64,000 bases of DNA, taken from the NCBI GenBank assembly GCA_947449875.1, contig CANFSY010000001.1:5459-69458 (forward strand), in the 5' to 3' direction. Within the stretch, counting starts at the first letter, position 1. Each line of letters begins with the position of its first letter. This document shows, one piece after another, positions 56,102 through 64,000 of this stretch. Made by a program: the position numbers and the translations under genes. The notes under the pieces are model-generated. The model searched no databases. It saw only the letters and a program-made list of their open reading frames with translations, and was not told the origin of the DNA. The DNA comes from Paracoccaceae bacterium (GTDB lineage Bacteria > Pseudomonadota > Alphaproteobacteria > Rhodobacterales > Rhodobacteraceae).

Positions 56102-57153
56102 TCAGATACTCCTTGTTGAAGGTGCTTTGGGTGAGGAAAACCACCGGTTGATCCGGCGGGCGGTTTTGCGGGGTCAAACAGGTGGCAGGCGACTTGGCGG
56201 CCCGCTTCTACCTGAACAAGCAAGGGTTTTTCGGTCAGGCACCGCGCAAACACCTTGGGGCAGCGGGTGCAAAAATTGCACCCCTTGGGTGGATTGGCGG
56301 GCGAGGGCAGATCACCTTTGAGCAAAATGCGCTGGCGGGTGCGGGCGCGGGCAGGGTCGGGTTCGTTCACTGCCGACAGCAGTGCTTCGGCATAAGGATG
56401 CAGCGGGCGGGCGTAGAGGTCATCGCGGGGCGAAAGCTCTACGATCCGCCCCAGATACATCACCGCCACACGATCGGCGATGTGGCGCACCATCGACAGA
56501 TCGTGGCTGATAAACAGATAGGTCAGCCCAAGCTTGTCTTGCAGATCTTCCAGCAAATTCACCACCTGCGCTTGGATCGACACATCCAAGGCCGCAATCG
56601 GTTCATCGCAGACGATGAATTTCGGGTTCAGCGCCAAGGCGCGGGCGATGCCGATGCGCTGGCGTTGCCCGCCCGAAAATTCATGCGGAAAACGGTTGGC
56701 AAAGCGGCGGTTCAGGCCGACTTGATCCATCAATTCATAGATCCGCTCTTGGCGCTGCGCGGTGCTTAGGGCCGTATGCTCGACCAAGGGTTCCCCGATG
56801 ATCGAAGACAACGACATGCGCGGGTTTAAACTGGCCTGCGGGTCTTGAAACACCATCTGCATCGAGGGCCGCTTTTTGCGCAAAGCCTCTGCGCGCAGCA
56901 GGGCCACATCTTCCCCGTCAATCACCACGCGCCCCGCCGTGGGTTCGTACAAGCGCAACACCGCGCGCCCCAGCGTTGACTTGCCGCAGCCAGATTCGCC
57001 CACCAGCCCCAAAGTCTCGCCCGCGCGGATGGTAAAGCTGACATCATCCACCGCTTTGATATCGCCGCTGTGCCGGCGCAGCACGCCGGAATAGACGGGG
57101 AAATACATCTTTAACCCGTCAACTTGCACCAGATCCGCCACAGGCTCACGCAT
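56098..57153 (-). CDS. Peptide ABC ATPase (OppF/DppF-type)
   Basis: GESGCGKS, '[15 protein letters not shown]', 'PLHPY', 'GCNFCTRC'. Confidence 0.93.
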   Translation of the reverse strand: MREPVADLVQVDGLKMYFPVYSGVLRRHSGDIKAVDDVSFTIRAGETLGLVGESGCGKSTLGRAVLRLYEPTAGRVVIDGEDVALLRAEALRKKRPSMQMVFQDPQASLNPRMSLSSIIGEPLVEHTALSTAQRQERIYELMDQVGLNRRFANRFPHEFSGGQRQRIGIARALALNPKFIVCDEPIAALDVSIQAQVVNLLEDLQDKLGLTYLFISHDLSMVRHIADRVAVMYLGRIVELSPRDDLYARPLHPYAEALLSAVNEPDPARARTRQRILLKGDLPSPANPPKGCNFCTRCPKVFARCLTEKPLLVQVEAGRQVACHLFDPAKPPAGSTGGFPHPKHLQQGVSE

Positions 57154-58156
57154 GGCGCACCTCGGCAGACCAATGGCACGCCACGTCATGGCCATGTCCT
57201 ACGGGCTGCCCATCCACTGCGCGCCTTTGGGGGTTTTCGCTATCGCAGCGGTCAAAGTGGTGGGCGCAGCGGGCGCGAAAGGGGCAGGCGGTGGGGGCTT
57301 GCGTCATAATGGGCGGCTGGCCTTCGATCACCGACAGGCGCGCTTCGCGTTGGCCGGTGATCGTGGGAATCGTGCGCAACAAGGCGCGGGTGTAGGGGTG
57401 TTGGGGGGCGCTGAACATCTGATCCACCGGCGCGTGTTCCACCACTTGGCCGCCGTACATCACCATGACACGGTCAGCAATTCCCGCGATCACGCCCAGA
57501 TCATGGGTGATCCAGATAATGGCCATGCCAAGCTTTTTTTGCAAATCCTTCATCAGGTCGATAATCTGCGCCTGAATGGTCACATCCAGCGCCGTTGTCG
57601 GTTCATCGGCAATCAACAGATCGGGCTCACAGGCCAAAGCGATGGCAATCATCACCCTTTGCCGCATCCCGCCCGAGAATTGATGCGGATAGAATTTTAC
57701 CCGTTTGGCGGCGTCTGGAATGCCCACCATCTCTAGCAATTCCACCGCCCGCGCGCGGGCTTGGGGTTTGGTCAGGCCCAGATGGCGGATCAGCGGCTCG
57801 CAGATCTGGTTTTCCACGGTAAACACAGGGTTCAGGCTGGTCATCGGGTCTTGAAAGACAAAGCCCACCTTGGCCCCGCGCAGGGTTGAAAGCTCTTGCG
57901 CCGACATTTGCAGCACATCGCGCCCGTCCATCAGCACTTCGCCCGCCCGCACTTCGGCTGGCGGAGAGGGCAACAGCCCCACCAACGACATCATCGTCAC
58001 CGATTTGCCCGACCCGCTTTCACCCACAACCCCCAGCACTTCGCCGCGCTTGACATGAAAGCTGACAGCGTTGACCGCGTGGATTTCACCCTGTCGGGTG
58101 TGAAAAACAGTCGTCAGCCCCCGAACATCCAGCACGGGCGCGGCCCCATCGGCCAT
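57146..58156 (-). CDS. Peptide ABC ATPase (OppD/DppD-type)
   Basis: GESGSGKS, '[10 protein letters not shown]', '[12 protein letters not shown]', 'HPYTRALL'. Confidence 0.93.
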   Translation of the reverse strand: MADGAAPVLDVRGLTTVFHTRQGEIHAVNAVSFHVKRGEVLGVVGESGSGKSVTMMSLVGLLPSPPAEVRAGEVLMDGRDVLQMSAQELSTLRGAKVGFVFQDPMTSLNPVFTVENQICEPLIRHLGLTKPQARARAVELLEMVGIPDAAKRVKFYPHQFSGGMRQRVMIAIALACEPDLLIADEPTTALDVTIQAQIIDLMKDLQKKLGMAIIWITHDLGVIAGIADRVMVMYGGQVVEHAPVDQMFSAPQHPYTRALLRTIPTITGQREARLSVIEGQPPIMTQAPTACPFRARCAHHFDRCDSENPQRRAVDGQPVGHGHDVACHWSAEVRHA

Positions 58157-58403
58157 GAAAATCTCCCCACAACGCCATTTTTCGTTCAATGACAGACCCG
58201 CTTTGGCGCGCGGGCCCTTGGGCGAAGTCTTTCGCATTTTGCTGTGCCGATCAACCCGCAATTTCGGCGCAGGATCGCACTTCGACGCTGTGCCGTGAAT
58301 TTGTCGGCGCGCAGGCCTTTTGTGGGGCCTTCGACGCCGTGTATGGGTGTTTCGCTTGCCCCCTTAGGCTGGTATCCAGCACGAAACCGGATCGGAACTG
58401 GCC

Positions 58404-59840
58404 ATGGCATCGAAATCGACTTTGAATGCAAAGAACCTTGAAAGCCTTGGGGCAGAGCGCTTGGCGGCCCTTTTGATCGAGATCAGCACAGGCTCTGCCG
58501 TGGCCAAGCGGCGCTTGCGGTTGGAACTGGCGGGCGCGCAAAGCCCCAAAGAGGCCGGGCGCGAGGTGTCCAAGCGGTTGGCCAGCCTTGCGCGGGCGCG
58601 CAGTTTTGTGACGTGGAAGACCCGCAAAGCCCTGATCAGTGACCTTCAAAGCCAGCTGCGCGCCATCACAGAGCAGATCGCCCCCGCCGATCCGGCCGAA
58701 GCCTTGGCACTTTCATGGCGCTTTATGCAGCTGGCCACACCCGTGTTTCACCGCTGCGATGACAGCAGCGGTTTGGTTGGCGAGGTTTTTCGGGACGCCT
58801 GCGCTGTCTTGGGCCAGATCGCCCTGACCGCGGCGCCACCCCCCAAAGCTTTGGCAGAGGCCGCGTTCGAGGCCTTGAGCGACAACGGTTTTGGCCAATA
58901 TGACCGCTTGATTGCGCAGCTGACACCGGCGCTGGGGGCAGGGGGGCTGGCGCATCTGAAGCAACTGGTCGAGGGTCTGGCCGCCGTGCCCGTTGCCGTG
59001 CCGCCCAAGCGTGACTGGCAGGCCGTAGGGTACGGTTCCGGCGGCGCTGTCTATGCGCATCAACTTGAAGAGCGCGCGCGCCAAAGCTTGGTGCATATGG
59101 CCTTGATGGATATCGCCGATGCCATGGGCGATGTGGACGGTTTTATTGCCCAATACGACCAAGATGCCCGCAAAATGCCCAAAATCGCCGCCAAAATCGC
59201 CCAGCGACTGATGGCCGCAGGCCGCGCGCCAGAGGCGTTGGGCTATGTCGAGCGCGCTGTCTTTGGCGCGCGTGCCTTTGTGCCGCCAGAATGGGAAACG
59301 GCCAAGCTTGACGCGCTAGACGCCCTTGGGCGGGGCAAGGACGCGCAGGCTTTCCGGCTGGCGTGCTTTGAACGCAGCCTAGACGCCACGCATCTGCGCG
59401 CTTATTTGAAGCGTTTGGGTGATTTTGACGATGTCGAGGCCGAAGAGGCGGCGATGGCCTACGTCATGGCCTATCCCGAACCGCTGACAGCCTTGCAGTT
59501 TCTCCTTCACTGGCCCGCCTTGGACAAGGCGGCGGCCCTGATTCAATCGCGGGTCGCAGAACTGGACGGCGACCGCTACGAAACCCTCACCCCCGCCGCC
59601 GAGGTTTTGGCCGCCCTTTACCCCTTGGCCGCCACTTTGGCCTTGCGGGCGATGATCACTTTCACGCTGACAGCGGCAAAATCCACCCGCTACGCGCACG
59701 CTGCGCGCCATCTGGCCGAATGTGCGGCAATGGCCCCCCAAATCGACGACTTTGGCACGATCGAGCCTCACACAACCTACGCCGCGCGGTTGCGGCGTGA
59801 TCATGGCCGCAAGGCGGCGTTTTGGGTGCATCTGGATTAG
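58404..59840 (+). CDS. Uncharacterised helical protein (DUF6880-like)
   Basis: 478-aa Ala/Leu-rich ORF with 'NLESLGAERLA', 'RCDDSSG', 'HGRKAAFW'. Family recalled, not searched. Confidence 0.65.
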   Translation: MASKSTLNAKNLESLGAERLAALLIEISTGSAVAKRRLRLELAGAQSPKEAGREVSKRLASLARARSFVTWKTRKALISDLQSQLRAITEQIAPADPAEALALSWRFMQLATPVFHRCDDSSGLVGEVFRDACAVLGQIALTAAPPPKALAEAAFEALSDNGFGQYDRLIAQLTPALGAGGLAHLKQLVEGLAAVPVAVPPKRDWQAVGYGSGGAVYAHQLEERARQSLVHMALMDIADAMGDVDGFIAQYDQDARKMPKIAAKIAQRLMAAGRAPEALGYVERAVFGARAFVPPEWETAKLDALDALGRGKDAQAFRLACFERSLDATHLRAYLKRLGDFDDVEAEEAAMAYVMAYPEPLTALQFLLHWPALDKAAALIQSRVAELDGDRYETLTPAAEVLAALYPLAATLALRAMITFTLTAAKSTRYAHAARHLAECAAMAPQIDDFGTIEPHTTYAARLRRDHGRKAAFWVHLD

Positions 59841-59937
59841 GGGGTCTGTCGTCCCTTGGGGCAAAACGATGCCCATCCAGCCCAAAACGCCAGACCTTTG
59901 CGCGCCGCTGTTTTGACCGTTGCGCTTGGGTCAGCGG

Positions 59938-62292
59938 TTACAAAAGAAAATCCGCATAGGTGATGGCATGGCTTCCCATATTGATGGACAAGTCTGCCAC
60001 CCCGTCACCGTCCACGTCGCCGTACACAAAGTGGCCTTCGACCCACAGCGTGCCTGCCCCCCCCCGGCCTGTTTGAAAGACAAAAGCCTGATTGCCCGCC
60101 ATTTGGGTGTTGGCGTCGATGGCGGTCAGGTCAAGGTGGTCAACCCCTGTCTGAAAGTCATACACCGTGTCGGGCGCTGCCTTAGAACTGTCTTGAAGCG
60201 TGGTAAAAACAAACACATCCGCGCCTGATCCGCCTTTCAGCTTGTCGGCCCCTGCGCCGCCGTCGATCACGTCATTACCCGCCCCGCCATTGAGCGAATC
60301 AGCGCCTTGGCCGCCCAGCAGATGGTCATCCCCACTGCCGCCATAGAGCGTGTCGTTGCCGGCGTTTCCTGTCAGGGTGTTCGCAGCGTCGTTGCCATAC
60401 ATCTGGTCGGGCTGCAGCGAACCTGTGCCATTGACGGGGTCGGTGCCGATCAGGTTCAGCCGCTCGACATCGGGCAACAGGGTGAAATCGACAGTTGAAT
60501 TCACAACGTCCGCCCCTGCCAAACCGTTCACGACAGTGCCTGCAACCGTCACCGCGAAGACATCCGCGCCAAGGGTTCCTGTCAGAACGATGGGGGCGAC
60601 CGGCGGGGGGGAGGCCTGATATGTGCCCGCACCACCAAACACCCCCGCCACAGCCGAGGTCGGAAGGAAAGCCATATCTGACAGCCGCAATGCCCCGTCG
60701 TCAAACAGCAGCCATTCGACCCCGCCTACCACGTCAAAGTCATGGACCCCCGCCTTTTGCGTGACATGCAGCCCGTCGCCCTGTGTGCTGACAGAATAGT
60801 CGGCCAGCTTGCCCGTGTAAGACGCAATATCAACGCCCCCACCGCCAAATAGTGTGTCGTCGCCCAGACCGCCGATCAGCAAATCATTGCCCGCACCGCC
60901 CGTCAGCGTGTCATTTCCGCCCAATCCTGACAGCCAAGCACCGTTGTCATAGCCATGCACATCATCGCCCAGCCGCGACCCCTCGACATGGCCGAATTTG
61001 ACGATGTTCGTCGCAGGATCGGTGACCGTTCCGTAATGCGTGCCCGACGTGTTATAAAACACCGACATCCCGATAATGTCCGACGCCGCATCGCGGATCG
61101 ACTGGTCGACCATCACCACGTTGTCATGGTCGCGCCCGCCGTGAAAGTTGATGTCACGGTCGGTTAGCAGCACTTGCACAAAGTTGCCCGCCGCCGATGT
61201 CCACGACGCAAAGACGACCGAATGGCGCATGTCTTGATCGGTAAGGTTGGTGAAGGTGCTGTTATAAACATCGCGGATTTGCAGGGCATAGCCGTTGCCG
61301 CCGTCTCCTTTGTTGTGCGATCCGGTCATGGTCATATGATCGACCACAGCCCCGATGCTGGATGCGACATTCACGCCCAAAGACGGCACATCGTGGGCCA
61401 CGATGTCAAACAGATGCAACCCGGCGGTGCCTTTGACCTCGATCACGGCGTTGCGGTCATAATTGGACAGCGTGTTCGAGAAATTTGAGGGATCAGCGGG
61501 GGTCAAACCGTAACTTACAGTAAAGCCGCCCACCGTGACCCGCTCGGCCATTGCAATCTCGCTGACCGTTGTTTCGCCCGCCACAAAGTCGAAATGCACC
61601 CCAGAGGTGAGCGTGATGACATTGCCGTTCACCGAAGCCACCTGCGCGATCGAGGTGCGCAGCGGCACATCGGTGTTGCGCCAGACCGTGTCGCCGATGG
61701 AATCGAAAAAGGCGGTCGTGCTGGCGCGTGACAGATAGACATAATCGCCTGCCACAAAACTATGGGCGCCTGTCAGGGTGAACTGCGTGGCCCCCGTGGC
61801 CACATCGGCGGCAAGGGTGAAGCTGCCTGACATGGTGCCCTGACCGATCCGAAACGCCTCGGCCCCAAGGGTTGGGGTGACGTCGATGATCGTCTTGTCC
61901 GAACCGGCCCCGATCACCGTGATATCATCGCGGGCGATCACCACCGTGCGGTCAAAGGTGAAATGGCCTGCGGCCAGTTCGATGATGCTGCCTGCCGCCG
62001 CCCCGTTGATCAACGTTTGCAAGGCCGCCGCACTGGTGCCTGCCGCAACCGTGATTGTGTTTGGCACAAGTGTTGCCGCTTGGGGTGCCACCGCCGCAGC
62101 GACAAAGAGTTGATCGGGCGCGGGGGCAGGCGCAGCAAAATCAGCAAAAGCGGTTGGGTGCAGCAGGTCAAGAAATGCGGTCGGGGCGCTAGCGTGGATC
62201 ATGATCCTGCCCGATCCCGATGATACTGTATCCAGACGGGCAGAGTGATCTGCCCCCTCGTAAACGACCGAAAAAGCTGGGTGTTTGGTCAT
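59938..62292 (-). CDS. Type I-secreted Ca-binding RTX protein with N-terminal pectin-lyase-like beta-helix domain
   Basis: 'LQTLINGAAAGSIIELAAGHF...ITVIGAG' beta-helix cap, two blocks of GGxGxD nonapeptides, serralysin-like tail 'DFQTGVDHLDL...DFLL', no signal peptide. Confidence 0.8.
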   Translation of the reverse strand: MTKHPAFSVVYEGADHSARLDTVSSGSGRIMIHASAPTAFLDLLHPTAFADFAAPAPAPDQLFVAAAVAPQAATLVPNTITVAAGTSAAALQTLINGAAAGSIIELAAGHFTFDRTVVIARDDITVIGAGSDKTIIDVTPTLGAEAFRIGQGTMSGSFTLAADVATGATQFTLTGAHSFVAGDYVYLSRASTTAFFDSIGDTVWRNTDVPLRTSIAQVASVNGNVITLTSGVHFDFVAGETTVSEIAMAERVTVGGFTVSYGLTPADPSNFSNTLSNYDRNAVIEVKGTAGLHLFDIVAHDVPSLGVNVASSIGAVVDHMTMTGSHNKGDGGNGYALQIRDVYNSTFTNLTDQDMRHSVVFASWTSAAGNFVQVLLTDRDINFHGGRDHDNVVMVDQSIRDAASDIIGMSVFYNTSGTHYGTVTDPATNIVKFGHVEGSRLGDDVHGYDNGAWLSGLGGNDTLTGGAGNDLLIGGLGDDTLFGGGGVDIASYTGKLADYSVSTQGDGLHVTQKAGVHDFDVVGGVEWLLFDDGALRLSDMAFLPTSAVAGVFGGAGTYQASPPPVAPIVLTGTLGADVFAVTVAGTVVNGLAGADVVNSTVDFTLLPDVERLNLIGTDPVNGTGSLQPDQMYGNDAANTLTGNAGNDTLYGGSGDDHLLGGQGADSLNGGAGNDVIDGGAGADKLKGGSGADVFVFTTLQDSSKAAPDTVYDFQTGVDHLDLTAIDANTQMAGNQAFVFQTGRGGAGTLWVEGHFVYGDVDGDGVADLSINMGSHAITYADFLL

Positions 62293-62873
62293 GATGTGCC
62301 CTTATGTTTTCTGGAGTAAGCAAAGGTCAGTGCATGTCCAAAGCGCCTTAATCGCGCGCCAAAGCCAGCGCGCATTTGTGCCGCGACGAAAACCTGCCCA
62401 AACCGTAAGGCTTGGGCCAATACCCGCGCATGGCCCGCGCGGCGTGCCCGTTTTGTGCGGGTGTCATAGCACGGGACCTGTTACTCTTTCGGGCATTCTT
62501 TGGGGCAGCGATTCTCTCGAAAGTAAAAATCTCTGTCATGCCAGCGCCCTGCGGGCACCTTCGGGTCTGACTTTGGCCTGAAAGGTCACGCCCCCCGCCT
62601 GCCACAGCAATTTCTTTTGCATCCAAGCGAATAAACGCACTTTTTCGCACTCAGATTAGTTTTAACGCCCCCATTATCATCCAAGGTCATCCTTGAGGGG
62701 GCAAGGCTTGTCCTTTGACAGCCCCACTCAAAACCCAAACCGCAGCAAAAACCTCGCCAAATTAAACACCCCGCATCGCGGGGGGCCGCGACAGGTTTGC
62801 TTTGCGTCAAACGATCTGAATTGGCCCCGCGCAAACGGGGGATTTTGACTTAATTTAAAGGAGAGCTGTGCAG

Positions 62874-64000
62874 ATGGCTAAAATCTCAGTATTCGGTATT
62901 GGCTATGTTGGCGTCGTGTCGGCGGCTTGTCTGGCGCAAGACGGTCATCGGGTTGTGGCGGTTGATGTTGTCGCGGACCGCGTGGCGATGATTAACGCAG
63001 GCCAGTCGCCTATTGTGGAAAACGGCCTTGGGGCACTGATTGCGGCTGCGGTGGAGTCTGGCACCTTAAGCGCCACGCTGGACGCGCAGGCCGCTGTGCA
63101 CGCCACAGAAGCCAGCTATGTCTGCGTGGGCACGCCAAGCAATCGCGACGGCTCGGTCGGGCTTGGCTATATCAGCGATGTTTGCGGCATTATCGGGCGC
63201 GCGCTTGCGACCAAATCCACGTTCCATTCGGTGATCATCCGGTCCACTATTGTTCCGGGCACGATGGAAGATGTTTGCATTCCCTTGCTGGAAGCCGCCT
63301 CGGGCAAAAAGGCCGGTGTTGATTTTGGGGTGGGATATTATCCGGAATTCTTGCGCGAAAGCACAGCAATTGCGGATTATTACGATCCGGGGTTGATTGT
63401 GTTTGGCGCTTTGGATCAGCCGACCTTTGATCTGCTGATCTTGATGACGCTTGATTTGCCGTGTGTGGCGCATCAGGTCGATTTGCGCACGGCGGAAATG
63501 GTCAAATACACCTCGAACGCGTGGCGCGCGGTTAAAGTGACCTTTGCCAATGAAATCGGCAATATCGCCAAAGCTTGCGGGCTGGACGGCCAATTGGTGA
63601 TGCGGCTGTTATGCGGTGACAAAAAGGTCAATCTGTCGGCGCATTTCATGCGCCCGGGCTTTGCCTTTGGCGGCTCGTGCCTGCCCAAGGATGTGCGCGC
63701 CTTGCGCCAACTGGCGCAGGCCAAGGATGTTGCGGCCCCGTTGATGGGGGCTGTGTTGCAAGCCAACGAAGATCAAATCGAACGCGCGGCAAAGATGGTG
63801 ACGGATACGGGCACAACCTCGGTCGGGCTGGTGGGAATCAGCTTCAAGGCTGGCACCGACGATTTGCGCGAAAGCCCCTTGGCAGAGCTTGCGGCCCGTT
63901 TGATCGCCCAAGGGTTGGATGTGCAGGTCTATGACCCCAATGTCAGCATCGCCCATGCGTTGGACGCTGACGCCGCAGGGCGCGGCAACGACGTGGTGCC
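62874..64000 (+). CDS. algD: GDP-mannose 6-dehydrogenase (AlgD-like nucleotide-sugar dehydrogenase), 3' truncated by window and absent from the ORF track
   Basis: AAGGAG RBS and ATG 62874. Translated by hand: 'MAKISVFGIGYVG', 'CVGTPS', 'SGKKAGVDFGVG..PEFLRESTAI', 'KVTFANEIGNIAKA', 'MRPGFAFGGSCLPKDVRAL', 'SFKAGTDDLRESP'. Confidence 0.8.
   Translation, partial: MAKISVFGIGYVGVVSAACLAQDGHRVVAVDVVADRVAMINAGQSPIVENGLGALIAAAVESGTLSATLDAQAAVHATEASYVCVGTPSNRDGSVGLGYISDVCGIIGRALATKSTFHSVIIRSTIVPGTMEDVCIPLLEAASGKKAGVDFGVGYYPEFLRESTAIADYYDPGLIVFGALDQPTFDLLILMTLDLPCVAHQVDLRTAEMVKYTSNAWRAVKVTFANEIGNIAKACGLDGQLVMRLLCGDKKVNLSAHFMRPGFAFGGSCLPKDVRALRQLAQAKDVAAPLMGAVLQANEDQIERAAKMVTDTGTTSVGLVGISFKAGTDDLRESPLAELAARLIAQGLDVQVYDPNVSIAHALDADAAGRGNDVV

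Noticed and set aside
60220-60930. Repetitive GC-rich DNA as tandem repeat or CRISPR
   Set aside because: Explained by RTX nonapeptide codons. No repeat-spacer array was seen anywhere in the window.
62557-62830. Possible c-di-GMP-I riboswitch or structured RNA (minus-strand GACGCAAAGC near 62799-62808, small UUCG hairpin at 62557-62566)
   Set aside because: The GNRA-capped P2 stem and other consensus elements are missing and the stems are very short. An Rfam cmsearch would settle it.

Overview
This is a GC-rich alphaproteobacterial window whose gene content looks Rhodobacteraceae-like (inference). In order it carries: the 3' end of gltX; azlCD; a LysR-controlled trio (polyamine-type binding protein, cupin, BetA-like GMC oxidoreductase); a ~15.6 kb co-oriented minus-strand cluster of unknown function (5745-21367); a C-P lyase phosphonate locus with Pho-box-like sites, two phnM paralogues and DUF1045 but no phnP; two glycosyltransferase-type genes; a TmoXWV-like TMAO transporter beside TorR/TorS/TorT; a sugar ABC operon ending in a tautomerase; a peptide ABC operon; a DUF6880-like gene; and a secreted beta-helix/RTX protein divergent from an AlgD-like GDP-mannose dehydrogenase that runs off the window. 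The 5745-21367 cluster is the best candidate for an undescribed system. It encodes two alpha/beta hydrolases, EthD, two GMC oxidoreductases, two paralogous Nif11-like small proteins, two DJ-1/PfpI proteins, a ThDP enzyme, GlgX, an AGE-family barrel fused to STAS and a short GlgC-like protein, and its right half is visibly lower in GC. No rRNA, tRNA, CRISPR array or mobile element was recognised. All family assignments come from motif recognition by eye; no database search was run.
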